Assembly: GCA_965217185.1 (NCBI GenBank)
Contig: OZ244252.1
Location: 3,480,338-3,544,337 of the forward strand
Direction of reading: 5' to 3'
Origin: an uncultured Candidatus Entotheonella sp.
GTDB lineage: Bacteria > Tectomicrobia > Entotheonellia > Entotheonellales > Entotheonellaceae
Length of the DNA stretch: 64,000 nucleotides
Each line of letters begins with the position of its first letter. Position 1 is the stretch's first letter. Position numbers and translations under genes: made by a program. The notes below the pieces were generated by a model. The model was not told the origin of the DNA and searched no databases. It saw only the letters and a program-made list of their open reading frames with translations. Shown in pieces: positions 1-9,255 of this stretch.

Positions 1-1
1 T

Positions 2-1135
2 CGGTCGATGCGCGACGCTGCGTTCACGGTGTCCGGGGGCGCCGTGACCAGGGCGCGGCGGGTGGACGGGCGCCACGACCTGTGGGAGATCACGGTCGTG
101 CCCGACTCGGACAAAGGCGTGGCGATCGCGCTGCCGGGCGGGCGCGAGTGCGGGGTCTCCGGGGCGATCTGCACTCGGGGCGAGAACCGGCGGCGGCTTG
201 CCAACACGCCGACGGCGACGGTCAAGCCGGGTTTGCTTGGCGACGTGACGGTGAGGCTCGAAGGCGGGCGGGGGCTGTCGGCGACGGTACTGGGTCCGGC
301 GACCGCGCGGCGCCTCAGCGGCAGCGCAGACGACGACACGCTGAGCGGGCGAGCGGACGGCGACGTGCTCTACGGTGACGACGACGACAGCGGCGCGGCG
401 TCGGGCGACGACCTGCTGGACGGCGGGACGGCGACGCACGGCGGCGACGGCGACGACACCCTGTACGGCGGCGACGGCGACGACACGCTCCACGGCGGCG
501 GCGGCCACGACGAACTCTACGGCGGCGGTGGCCACGACGCGCTCTACGGTGACGACGACGACAGCGGCGCAGCGTCGGGCGACGACCTGCTGGACGGCGG
601 CAGCGGCGACGACATTCTGTACGGCGACGGCGGCGATGACGTGCTGCTCGGCGGCGACGACGACGACGCGCTCCACGGCGGCGGTGGCCACGACGAGCTT
701 TACGGCGACGACGACAGCGGCGCGGCGTCGGGCGACGACCTGCTGGACGGCGGCAGCGGCGACGACATTCTGTACGGCGACGGCGGCGATGACGTGCTGG
801 AAGGCGGCGCGGACGATGATACGCTGTACGGCGGCGCCGGTCTCGACACGCTCTACGGCGACGGCGGCGTGGACAGCCTGACGGGCGGTACGGGCGCCGA
901 TACGTTCGTGTTCGCCGCCGGTGACGGCACCGACACGATCACCGACTTCTTCCCCGAGGAGGGCGACCGCATCGACCTGAGCGCCTTCGCGGGCCTCACC
1001 GGCTTCGCGTCGCTGACGCTGACGGCGGACGGCAGCGCGACGATCCTGGACCTGCGCGCCCACGGCGGCGGCACGGTGCGGTTGGAAGGCATCGCGGTAG
1101 CGGACCTGTTGGCGGCGGACTTTCTGTGGCCGTAG
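2..1135 (+). CDS. RTX (hemolysin-type) calcium-binding repeat protein, C-terminal part; 5' end lies outside the window
   Basis: The frame is open to the window edge. It has many tandem GGxGxD-type nonapeptides (DTLYGGDGDDTLHGGGGHDELYGG...). The C-terminal block DTFVFAAGDGTDTITDF is typical of RTX proteins. Confidence 0.8.
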   Translation, partial: RSMRDAAFTVSGGAVTRARRVDGRHDLWEITVVPDSDKGVAIALPGGRECGVSGAICTRGENRRRLANTPTATVKPGLLGDVTVRLEGGRGLSATVLGPATARRLSGSADDDTLSGRADGDVLYGDDDDSGAASGDDLLDGGTATHGGDGDDTLYGGDGDDTLHGGGGHDELYGGGGHDALYGDDDDSGAASGDDLLDGGSGDDILYGDGGDDVLLGGDDDDALHGGGGHDELYGDDDSGAASGDDLLDGGSGDDILYGDGGDDVLEGGADDDTLYGGAGLDTLYGDGGVDSLTGGTGADTFVFAAGDGTDTITDFFPEEGDRIDLSAFAGLTGFASLTLTADGSATILDLRAHGGGTVRLEGIAVADLLAADFLWP

Positions 1136-1159
1136 GGCGTTGCTCCGGTGCCGCCGGAT

Positions 1160-1188
1160 GCCTGCCCCCGTTCAAGCCGGGGGCAGGC
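1160..1188 (+). terminator. Perfect 10-bp GC-rich hairpin 25 nt after the RTX stop codon (no U tract)
   Basis: GCCTGCCCCC (1160-1169) pairs with GGGGGCAGGC (1179-1188) around a 9-nt loop. Confidence 0.3.
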
Positions 1189-1252
1189 CGTGCGCCGGAA
1201 TGACCGCTTGGGGCGTTGGACGGTGCGGCACAGGTGCTCTGCGCGTCGCAAC

Positions 1253-1284
1253 GTCGGGTTACGCCTGCGGCTAACCCGACCTAC
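1253..1284. repeat. REP-like extragenic palindrome
   Basis: GTCGGGTTA-N10-TAACCCGAC followed by CTAC. Related copies lie at 18351-18440. Confidence 0.6.
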
Positions 1285-1530
1285 ATCTTGGCAACTTGTC
1301 AACCCATCTTGAGGCGTCTGTTCCAACAGTTGCCGCCCAGAACGCCATCGTCCGCAGGCATAGGTCCCGCCTGCACGTCAAGCCCGACATCCATCGGCAG
1401 CCAGTGGATTCCCGCCCCCGATCGGAGTCAAGGGCAGGCTCCGCGCGGCAATGACCCTTTGGGGCACGTCGCCACGCCAATTCTCCAAAGCCGCGTAACA
1501 TCAGAAAATAAGTCTCGGCGTCCTCATCCC

Positions 1531-2331
1531 TCACCAATCCCTGTCGACCGGCTTCCCCGGCCCGCCGGTACGCCGCCACTGCCGGCGCTGGCGGTCTGCC
1601 TCGCGGGCGCGTTCGTGGATGCTGCGCAGCATGTGGGCGGCCTCCTCGGGACTCAAGACCCGCGCGTTCCGTAGGGCCGGATTGGGCCTATCAGCGGCTG
1701 CAGTGTCGCTGCCGCCTTGGGGCTGCGTCGGCCCGCCGCCCGCCTGTGCAACGTTCTGCTGATCTGCGGGCGCATTCGCCTGCTGCGAGTCGGATGGCTG
1801 GCTCGGCTCCGACCGTGAGGCTTCGGCAGAATGTGGTTGCTGTTGTTGAAGCTGCCGCAGGAGCGTGTGCGCCAATTCCAGATTGTAACGAGTGTCCCGC
1901 TGCTGCGGGTCCACCTCCAGGCTGTCGCGGTAGTAGGTCATGGCGGATTGCAGGTGGGGAAGAGCTTGCTGAGCGTCCGGCAGCGCCTGCAACGCCAGCT
2001 GGTAGGCGACGTTGCCGAGGTTGTATTTTAACCGCCCCTCCAGGCCGGCCGGCCCCGGGGCAACCGTCTTCAAGGCGCGCGCGTAGTGTTCAACGGCAGC
2101 ATCGAACCGCTGCTGCTTGAACAAAGCGTTGCCGAGGTTGAAGTGAACCGCCGCGGCGTCGGGGAGGGCTTGCACTGCCGCATCGTACTGCTGTGCCGCC
2201 GCGTCGAAGTTGCCCGCGTCGTACAAGACATTGCCTTGCCGAACGGCCCCGTCGGGTGACACCGCGCCCGCCGGCTGCGCGGCAAGCAGCCCCAACAAGA
2301 TAGAGCAGGTTCGGAGCAAATTGAGTGGCAT
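1531..2331 (-). CDS. TPR-repeat protein, BatC-like terminal gene of the MoxR/VWA cluster
   Basis: Signal-like N-terminus MPLNLLRTCSILLGLLAAQPAGA. TPR-like helices (AAAQQYDAAVQALPDAAAVHFNLGNALFKQQRFDAAVEHY) and a Q-rich, basic tail. Same strand as the VWA genes. Start chosen at the internal ATG (2331). Confidence 0.7.
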   Translation of the reverse strand: MPLNLLRTCSILLGLLAAQPAGAVSPDGAVRQGNVLYDAGNFDAAAQQYDAAVQALPDAAAVHFNLGNALFKQQRFDAAVEHYARALKTVAPGPAGLEGRLKYNLGNVAYQLALQALPDAQQALPHLQSAMTYYRDSLEVDPQQRDTRYNLELAHTLLRQLQQQQPHSAEASRSEPSQPSDSQQANAPADQQNVAQAGGGPTQPQGGSDTAAADRPNPALRNARVLSPEEAAHMLRSIHERAREADRQRRQWRRTGGPGKPVDRDW

Positions 2332-2448
2332 CTGAAATCGCCAAATCGCTGCGCTGCGCGGACCGTCCAATTCAGCAGTGCGTCCATAGACGAACTGCCC
2401 ATCATTTCGGATTGTAGTGATTTCGTTGTCGAAGACGGTCCACCACGG

Positions 2449-3690
2449 TCAAGGTCCTGACACCTTTGGCACGGTGCCAAGCTGCCGCCGAACCTCGCCG
2501 GTGCCGACAAACTGCGACAGCAGCCGATAGTTCTGCTGCTCGTAACGAATCTTGCCGGCGACGATCGCCGGATGGACCTGCAGCGCACGAGCCAGATTCA
2601 TGACGGCCATGGGGGTTGGACGCTTCCGTGCCGCGCTGGCTTCCCAAGCCACGCGGGGAACGAGTGCCTCTTGCGCCCACTCATCGGCCTGCGTTTCTTT
2701 CGGGTCTTCCCGCCTGCCTTCTACCCCGCGCAGCGTCTGGTCGTCGATAAAGGCGTTGCCCTCGTTGGTATCCAGGTGGCGGCCCACGTGGGCCAATTCG
2801 TGCAACAGACAGAACCAGAAGTTGTCGATCCGGTCGTGGCGCAGGGTCAGCCCGATCACCGGGCGACCATCGCTGAGCCGGAGCGCTGCGCCGTCGACAT
2901 ACGTCCTCGGCAAATGCAGCGCGATTGCCAATGCGATCCCGTGCTTCGACAATAGCTCCTTGGCCAGCCGCGGGCCGTCTTCAAACCCGCTGAGCCGCGC
3001 AACTTTTTTGAGGAAGCTTGGCGTAACGGTACCGGGTTCGTAGTCCGCCGCCGGCGGATTCTCGTTCCCCATCGCCAGGACCTGCCAGCACCACGCCTTA
3101 AGGGCATAGGCGTTCATCTTGGCGTTCGTGCGCATGTGGTCGTTCTTCCGGTACAGGGCGGCTCTGGCGACGTCCGGCCCGCCTGCCCGGTCGATCAGGC
3201 CGCGGATGAGCACCTCGGCATGCCCCGCCAGGTTGGGGACGGCCGGAATCCAGCCCAGCTTCGCCATCGCCTTGACCGGAAACCGGCGCCACTCGACGCT
3301 GGTCATCGGGTCGTCCAAGTCGACTTCCGACTCGCGCAGCAGCACGTCCGCCGGGATGCCAAGATGTTTGTGAAGCGCACGCGCTATCGGCATGGTAATC
3401 GCGCGCCTGCCGGAGAGCACCTCGGACACCTTCGCACGGCTGCCGATGAAGGGGATCAGGTCGCGTGGCCGCAAGTTCCCCTGCTCCATGCGGAATTCGA
3501 TCGCAGCGAGTGGACTCGGATAGCCCATCGGTTCTTGTCGACTCTCATAGAGTTCGACAAGATCGGCAAGGACGTCCAGTTCGTCGAACTCTGGGCTGCC
3601 GGGTACTGCATCCATTAGTGCGTCGATCCGGGCCAGCGCCTCTTCGTAACCCTTCTCGGTTCGGATTGGCTTGATCTTCGTATTGGCCAT
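2449..3690 (-). CDS. higA: HigA-type HTH antitoxin fused to an ImmA/IrrE-like zinc metallopeptidase domain (413 aa)
   Basis: N-terminus MANTKIKPIRTEKGYEEALARIDALMD plus an HTH region (GSRAKVSEVLSGRRAITMPIARALHKHLGI). HEXXH motif LLHELAHVGRH. The ATG at 3690 sits 1 nt from the higB stop codon. Confidence 0.75.
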   Translation of the reverse strand: MANTKIKPIRTEKGYEEALARIDALMDAVPGSPEFDELDVLADLVELYESRQEPMGYPSPLAAIEFRMEQGNLRPRDLIPFIGSRAKVSEVLSGRRAITMPIARALHKHLGIPADVLLRESEVDLDDPMTSVEWRRFPVKAMAKLGWIPAVPNLAGHAEVLIRGLIDRAGGPDVARAALYRKNDHMRTNAKMNAYALKAWCWQVLAMGNENPPAADYEPGTVTPSFLKKVARLSGFEDGPRLAKELLSKHGIALAIALHLPRTYVDGAALRLSDGRPVIGLTLRHDRIDNFWFCLLHELAHVGRHLDTNEGNAFIDDQTLRGVEGRREDPKETQADEWAQEALVPRVAWEASAARKRPTPMAVMNLARALQVHPAIVAGKIRYEQQNYRLLSQFVGTGEVRRQLGTVPKVSGP

Positions 3691-3691
3691 C

Positions 3692-3989
3692 TCACACCTC
3701 CCCCGCATTCACGCGGTCATACTGGGCATGTGTTCCCACGAAGCGTACGTAAACGATCCGCGCTGGGTAATTGATCTTCACCACGAGCCGATAGGCATTG
3801 CCCCTGATGTTGAAGACCACCCGGTTGCCACCGAGGATGCTGGCGTTGGGGTATTTCGCCTTGACCTTGGCTGGCCGGCCCATCCCAGGCCTCCTTCTCG
3901 ACCTCCCGATACCAGGCGAGCAGCGGCTCCTCGGCGTCCACATGTCGTTCCCAGAATTCCCGAAGCGGCTTCTTGCTGATGATCCGCAT
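3692..3989 (-). pseudogene. higB: HigB-family toxin, frameshifted
   Basis: The N-terminal 39 aa (MRIISKKPLREFWERHVDAEEPLLAWYREVEKEAWDGPA) are in one frame. The rest (AKVKAKYPNASILGGNRVVFNIRGNAYRLVVKINYPARIVYVRFVGTHAQYDRVNAGEV) is in another. The span is 298 nt, i.e. 3n+1. Removing the base at 3872 gives one 98-aa ORF. Confidence 0.75.
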
Positions 3990-4121
3990 GAATGCTGTGA
4001 ACCGGTCCCGTTAGATTGAAAGGTAGAATGATCCCAAATTTATTAAACCTACATTTTTCCAAATTATACGTCAACGGAAGAGCGCGAAATCGGATGATTC
4101 TTTCATACCCGCATCGCCGCG

Positions 4122-5141
4122 TTATGCCTCGCCCCTCGCCGCGCTTTCCGGGATGAGCAACTCCAGCGCCAGTAGTCCAAGGGCCATCAGCACGAACCAC
4201 TGGAAGCGGTGCACGAAGCGCTCACGGCGGTCATGTCCCGTATCCTGGCGCGCCTTGGGAGCGATGCGCTCCGTGAAAATACGGTCCAACTCAATGGCGC
4301 GGGTGCCCGCCGGCACGTAGGCGCCACCGGTCATCTGCGCCATTTCCAGCAGCAGGTCCTGGCGCAGGCGCGAGCGCACCTCCCGGCCTTGGTGCTGCAC
4401 GTAGGTCACACGCCCGTCCGGGCCGCGTACCGGGATGCGGGCGCCGGTATCCGCATCACCGACGCCGACCGCATAGATGGAGACCCCTTGCTCGGCCGCC
4501 GCGGCCGCCGCTTCGAGGGGAAAGCTGTCGTGATCGTCGCCGTCGGTGATCAAGATGATGTCTTTGTAATGGTGGGCCAACGTCGCCATGCCGCGCAGCG
4601 CGTGGCGAATCGCGTCGCCAATCAGGCTGCCGCCGCGCCCGGCGGTATACGGCCCGACTTCTTGGAGGCGCCGCAGAAAGAAGTTGTAATCCAGCGTCAG
4701 CGGGCATTGCAGGCTGGCACGGCCCGCAAAGACCACCAACCCCAACCGGTGCCCGCCTTCCTCGCGCATGACCTGCACGAGCTCCCGGATATCCACCTTG
4801 GCGCGCTCCAGGCGGCTCGGCGACACGTCTTCGGCGAGCATGCTGCGCGATACGTCGAGCAGGATCATCACGTCGCGCCCGCGGCGTTGCACGTCCTGCC
4901 AGCGCCGCCCCCACTGCGGCTGCGTCAGCGCCACGATCATGGCGGCCACAGCGCCAAGCAGGCACAATGCCTTGAGCCACCGCCAGATGTAGCGTAGGTC
5001 GTCGGTAAGCCGCGGCGCCACCGCCACGTCGATAAAGGCCGACAACGCACGGCGTTTGCGGGCAAAGCCGCAGGCGTAAAGCATCAGCAGCACGGGCAGC
5101 AACCACAACAGGTGCACGTAAGACAGAGCCGCAAAACGCAT
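4122..5141 (-). CDS. von Willebrand factor A (VWA) domain membrane protein, BatB-like
   Basis: Two N-terminal TM helices and a MIDAS-like motif in VMILLDVSRSM. The gene follows another VWA gene in a MoxR operon. Confidence 0.8.
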   Translation of the reverse strand: MRFAALSYVHLLWLLPVLLMLYACGFARKRRALSAFIDVAVAPRLTDDLRYIWRWLKALCLLGAVAAMIVALTQPQWGRRWQDVQRRGRDVMILLDVSRSMLAEDVSPSRLERAKVDIRELVQVMREEGGHRLGLVVFAGRASLQCPLTLDYNFFLRRLQEVGPYTAGRGGSLIGDAIRHALRGMATLAHHYKDIILITDGDDHDSFPLEAAAAAAEQGVSIYAVGVGDADTGARIPVRGPDGRVTYVQHQGREVRSRLRQDLLLEMAQMTGGAYVPAGTRAIELDRIFTERIAPKARQDTGHDRRERFVHRFQWFVLMALGLLALELLIPESAARGEA

Positions 5142-5155
5142 CGCCGACCCTCGCG

Positions 5156-6115
5156 CTACGGGATGGAGAGGAAGCGGGTGTTGACGAGGGCCATTTCCAC
5201 CAGCAGTAAGCCCAGGGCGGGAAGCAGAAACCAGGCAAAGCGCTCGGCGTACTGCTGGTAATGCTCCGAGACCGTGGCAGTCGTTTCCAGCCGGTCGATG
5301 GCGGCGTAAATGCGGTGCAGCGCCTCGTTGTCGGTGGCGTGGAAGTATTGCCCGCCGGTGCGGGCGGCGATTTCCAGGAGGGTCAACTCGTCGATGGCGC
5401 GCTCCTTGCCAGTGCCGATGGCGTAGATTTTGACGCCGAGTGCCTGGGCGATCTGCGCGGCCTGCAGCGGCGGCGTGGCGCCGGCGTTGTTGGTACCGTC
5501 GGTGAGCAGGATCATGACGCGGCTGGACGCCTGGCTGCCCTGCAGACGCTCGACGCCGAGCGCAATCGCCTCGCCGATGGCGGTGCCGTCCTCTTCCGCC
5601 TCCGGCACGATGCCCACCTGATCGAGCAGTGACAACAGCGTCTCGTAATCCAGGGTCAGAGGGCAGACGCTGTCGGCGTAGCGGGCGAAGGTCACCATGC
5701 CGATCAGGTCGCCGTCCCGACCGCGCAGGCCCGCGCCGCCGCGCACGAAATCCCGAAAGGTCCGCTTGACGAGCGCCAGCCGGTTGCTTACCTCGCCGTC
5801 GAGAACCGCATCGGGCGTCGCCATGCTGCTGGAGATATCCACCACCATGACGATGGCGATGCCGTCGCTATAAATTTTGGTAGCTTCGAGCCCTTGCTGC
5901 GGACGCGCCAAGGCCGCCACGCAGAGAACCAGCACGACGGCGCGCAGCAGGGGCAGCGCCTCGCGCAGGCGGGTCATGAGGGAGCGGGGCAGGGCGGTGA
6001 GATCGTGCAGGGCGGAATAGTCGATGGCGGCAGGCCGCTGACGGCGGCGGCTGAAGAAGTGAACGAGCGGCACCAGAAGAAGCCCCAGCAACACCAGAGG
6101 ACTCTCCAGGCTCAT
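5156..6115 (-). CDS. VWA domain membrane protein, BatA-like
   Basis: Real start MSLESPLVLLGLLLVPLVHFF at 6115, forming an ATGA overlap with the upstream gene. MIDAS motif in VMVVDISSSM and a C-terminal TM helix. The longer 556-aa ORF extension is Arg/Gly-rich shadow sequence. Confidence 0.8.
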   Translation of the reverse strand: MSLESPLVLLGLLLVPLVHFFSRRRQRPAAIDYSALHDLTALPRSLMTRLREALPLLRAVVLVLCVAALARPQQGLEATKIYSDGIAIVMVVDISSSMATPDAVLDGEVSNRLALVKRTFRDFVRGGAGLRGRDGDLIGMVTFARYADSVCPLTLDYETLLSLLDQVGIVPEAEEDGTAIGEAIALGVERLQGSQASSRVMILLTDGTNNAGATPPLQAAQIAQALGVKIYAIGTGKERAIDELTLLEIAARTGGQYFHATDNEALHRIYAAIDRLETTATVSEHYQQYAERFAWFLLPALGLLLVEMALVNTRFLSIP

Positions 6116-7182
6116 GCAGCGTAGGCTCTCGCCGCTTCGGCGCTGACGAGGGCCTCCGGGTCCGCCGTCTGCTCCACGAAGTCGCGCGCCCGCTGCAAGG
6201 CGTTGTGCATGTCTTCGGTGGCGGGCTGGTGGCGGGCGAATTTCACCAAGTCGCAGTGTTCCAGGAAGGCACTGAGCAGATCGCGGTGCGCGGCGATGGG
6301 CCCACCGGCAACGAGCATGGCTTCGAGAAACTCCTCCGTGGTCTGCTCCGGGGCGCGCAGGCCGAAGCGCCATTCGATGTAGTGCCGCAGGATGCCGGAC
6401 ACCCGCACGTAGAATTCCTCGATACGCTGCGAGGTGATGAGATCGTCGCTCTGCAAGCGGTCCAGGGCGGCCAGGGCCAACCCGTGCGCCAGTTGCGACG
6501 GCTCGCCGCGAAGCAGACGCCGGCGACGCGCTCGCCGCCACCACAAGATCGCCAGCACAGGGATCGCCATCGCCGCGGCGATGGCGATCCAGGCCCATAT
6601 CGGCAGGCCGCGCCAAGCCAGTTCGACCGGCGGCGCGATGTCTTTCGGTTTTTTGAGGTCGGCCCCTTCCGGCAGAATGGAGGTGACGACAATCTGGAAC
6701 GGCTCCGTGGTCAGTTGTTGCGGCTCCGCGTCCTCGGCGGCGCCCTCTTCGAGAAGCGTAATCGTCAGCGGCGGAATGGCAAGCTCGCCGACCTCCTCGA
6801 CTTCCAGCAGATACTCCCGCTTCCATTGGCGCAGTTGCGGATCCAACATTTCGGGGTCGGGTGTGAAGTCGTTGCGCACCAGGAAGGGGCCGAGGCGGTC
6901 GAAGATCTCCGGGAAGATGACGCCCTTGTCAGCAGGCGCGGTGACCGACAGGGTCAGCCGCAGTTGATCGGCCATCCCCATGCTGCGCCGGTCGGCGGCC
7001 AGGGTGACAATCACGTTGCCCTCGGCGACGTGCTGCTCAAGCGATTCCTCAACCGCAGTGCCCGATTCCTGTGCAGCCGCCTGTATTGCCATCAGGACGG
7101 CAAGGCACGTCAGGAGCACCAGCCAAGTGAACCGCCCGCCGCGATCAATAGTCCGAAACGCCCCGCCAAGATGAGTCATCAT
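6112..7182 (-). CDS. Membrane protein of the Bat cluster (BatD/DUF4381-like)
   Basis: Signal peptide, a central TM helix (LPIWAWIAIAAAMAIPVLAILWWRRARRRR) and a helical C-terminal domain. It sits between the DUF58 and VWA genes. Confidence 0.6.
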   Translation of the reverse strand: MMTHLGGAFRTIDRGGRFTWLVLLTCLAVLMAIQAAAQESGTAVEESLEQHVAEGNVIVTLAADRRSMGMADQLRLTLSVTAPADKGVIFPEIFDRLGPFLVRNDFTPDPEMLDPQLRQWKREYLLEVEEVGELAIPPLTITLLEEGAAEDAEPQQLTTEPFQIVVTSILPEGADLKKPKDIAPPVELAWRGLPIWAWIAIAAAMAIPVLAILWWRRARRRRLLRGEPSQLAHGLALAALDRLQSDDLITSQRIEEFYVRVSGILRHYIEWRFGLRAPEQTTEEFLEAMLVAGGPIAAHRDLLSAFLEHCDLVKFARHQPATEDMHNALQRARDFVEQTADPEALVSAEAARAYAA

Positions 7183-7202
7183 CCATTCCCCGTTGGGATT
7201 CC

Positions 7203-8081
7203 CTAATGCCAGCGCCGCTCCCGCTTGCGGAAGAACCGCACCAGGGACGGCATGTACGGCCGGTCCGTAAATACCTCGATCTCGTCAATTCCAAGGGATT
7301 GGAACAGTTGCCGCCGTCGCTCGGCCGTCGCTGCGCGCCGCCGCCGGTACGCCTCCCGCACCGCCTTGCTGCTGGTATCCAGCACCATCAGGGCGCCGCT
7401 CTCCAAGTCCCGCAGGGTGACGAACCCGAGCCGCGGCAGGCACAACTCACGCCGGTCGGTAACGCTGACCGGAATCACGTCGTGCCGCCGATACGCCAAG
7501 CGCAGCGGCTGGTCATAGCCCGGCGTGAGAAAGTCGGACACCAGGAAGCACACCGTCCGGCGGCGGCTGATGCGGAGCAGGTATTCCAGCGCCGAGCCGA
7601 TGTCGGTGCGCTGCTGCCGGGGCTGGAAATACAGCACGTCCCGGATGATCCGCAGCACGTGGCGCTTGCCCTTCTGCGGCGGGATGAATTTCTCGACGCG
7701 GTCTGTGAACAGGATGAGGCCGACCCGGTCGTTATTCAGGACCGCGCTGAGCGCCAGCACGGCGCACAACTCGGTGGCCACCTCCGCCTTCAGCCGAACC
7801 GCGCTGCCGAAACGGCCTGAAGCACTCAGGTCCACCAGCAGCATGACGGTCAGTTCCCGCTCTTCCACGTACTGTTTGACGTACGGCTGACCGCGGCGAG
7901 CCGTGACGTTCCAATCAATCGTGCGAATTTCGTCGCCCGGCGCGTATTCCCGCACCTCGGAAAATTCCATCCCCCGGCCCTTGAAGGCGCTGTGGTACTC
8001 GCCCCCCAGGACATCCCGCACCAAGCGGCGGGTGCGGATATGAATCTGGCGCACGTGCTTGAGAATGTCGGGTGGAAGCAT
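7203..8081 (-). CDS. DUF58 family protein (VWA-like, MoxR partner)
   Basis: HSAFKGRGMEFSEVREYAPGDEIRTIDWNVTARRGQPYVKQYVEERELTVMLLVDLSASG is the DUF58 signature region. Confidence 0.85.
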   Translation of the reverse strand: MLPPDILKHVRQIHIRTRRLVRDVLGGEYHSAFKGRGMEFSEVREYAPGDEIRTIDWNVTARRGQPYVKQYVEERELTVMLLVDLSASGRFGSAVRLKAEVATELCAVLALSAVLNNDRVGLILFTDRVEKFIPPQKGKRHVLRIIRDVLYFQPRQQRTDIGSALEYLLRISRRRTVCFLVSDFLTPGYDQPLRLAYRRHDVIPVSVTDRRELCLPRLGFVTLRDLESGALMVLDTSSKAVREAYRRRRAATAERRRQLFQSLGIDEIEVFTDRPYMPSLVRFFRKRERRWH

Positions 8082-8123
8082 GCCAGGGGATCAGAACGCA
8101 GAGCCCAGCCGGCCGACGCCGAC

Positions 8124-9113
8124 TCAAGGCACCGGCAGGTGATCGAAAATCTGCTGCACGATCTGCTCGGCCGTCACGTCCGCGGCTTCTGCTTCGTAGG
8201 TGATGAGGACGCGGTGGCGCAGAACGTCCATGCCGATCCACTTGACGTCCTGCGGCGTGACGTAACCGCGCCCGTGCAGGAAAGCCGCCGCCTTGGACGC
8301 CAGCGCCAAGTAAATGGTAGCGCGCGGCGAGGCGCCGTATTCGATGTAGTGGCCGAGGTCCAGCTTGTAGTCCTGCGGCTCGCGCGTGGCGTACACGATG
8401 TCAACGATGTACTGCTTGATCTTGTCGTCCAGGTAGATCGAATCCACTACCTCGCGCAGTTGCAGAATATCGGCCGGGCTGACCACCGCCTTGACCTCGA
8501 TATGGGGCTGCGTGTGGGCCATGCGCTCGAGGATTTGCAACTCTTCCTCGCGATTGGGGTAGGGGATGTGCAGCTTCAGCATGAAGCGATCGACCTGGGC
8601 TTCCGGCAGGGGGTAGGTGCCCTCCTGCTCCAGCGGATTCTGGGTGGCAAGCACGAGAAAGGGTTGCGGCAGGGGGAAACTGTCGTCGCCGATGGTCACC
8701 TGGCCTTCCTGCATGGCTTCCAGCAACGCACTCTGCACCTTGGCGGGTGCGCGGTTGATTTCGTCGGCCAGCACCAGGTTGGCAAACACCGGACCCTTGC
8801 GCACTTGAAAGCTGCCCGTCTGCGGCTGGTAGATGAGGGTGCCGATCAGGTCCGCCGGCAGCAGGTCGGGCGTGAACTGTATCCGCTGGTACTCCGCCTG
8901 CAGGGTCTGTGCCAGCGTGGTCACGGAGCGCGTCTTGGCCAGTCCCGGCACGCCCTCCAGAAGCACGTGGCCATTGGCGAGAAGGCCGATCAAAAGCCGT
9001 TCAATCATGTAGCGCTGACCCACGATGACCTTCTCCATTTCGTGCGTCAGGCTCTGCACGATATGGGTGTGTTTTTCTACTTCAGCGCCAATTTCTTCCA
9101 CATCAAGGGACAT
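8124..9113 (-). CDS. MoxR-family AAA+ ATPase
   Basis: GHVLLEGVPGLAKT (Walker A), LADEINRAPAKVQSALLEAMQE (Walker B / sensor region), about 330 aa. Confidence 0.9.
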   Translation of the reverse strand: MSLDVEEIGAEVEKHTHIVQSLTHEMEKVIVGQRYMIERLLIGLLANGHVLLEGVPGLAKTRSVTTLAQTLQAEYQRIQFTPDLLPADLIGTLIYQPQTGSFQVRKGPVFANLVLADEINRAPAKVQSALLEAMQEGQVTIGDDSFPLPQPFLVLATQNPLEQEGTYPLPEAQVDRFMLKLHIPYPNREEELQILERMAHTQPHIEVKAVVSPADILQLREVVDSIYLDDKIKQYIVDIVYATREPQDYKLDLGHYIEYGASPRATIYLALASKAAAFLHGRGYVTPQDVKWIGMDVLRHRVLITYEAEAADVTAEQIVQQIFDHLPVP

Positions 9114-9255
9114 AAGTCATTTCCTCAGATAATCGTGTGACTCGGCAGCGCCGATTGCGAGGCATGCGGATATCGTCCAAGCCCAGTAGGGTCGGAAGCG
9201 GGACCTTAGAGTACACGACGCGCACCACGGAATACAGGACGAAACGCGCCGCGTC

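Noticed and set aside
375-881. A Thr/Ala-rich 168-aa ORF, the other ORFs inside the RTX gene, and the possibility that the periodic DNA is a CRISPR-like array.
   Set aside because: The periodicity is the coding repeat of GGxGxD nonapeptides. Repeats are imperfect and contiguous without unique spacers. The alternative frames are by-products of the repeat.
6116-6826. A 236-aa N-terminal extension of the first VWA gene (ORF 5156-6826).
   Set aside because: The extension is Arg/Gly-rich and overlaps the well-supported upstream gene in another frame. A clean start (MSLESPLVLL, ATGA overlap at 6112-6115) gives a normal BatA-like length.
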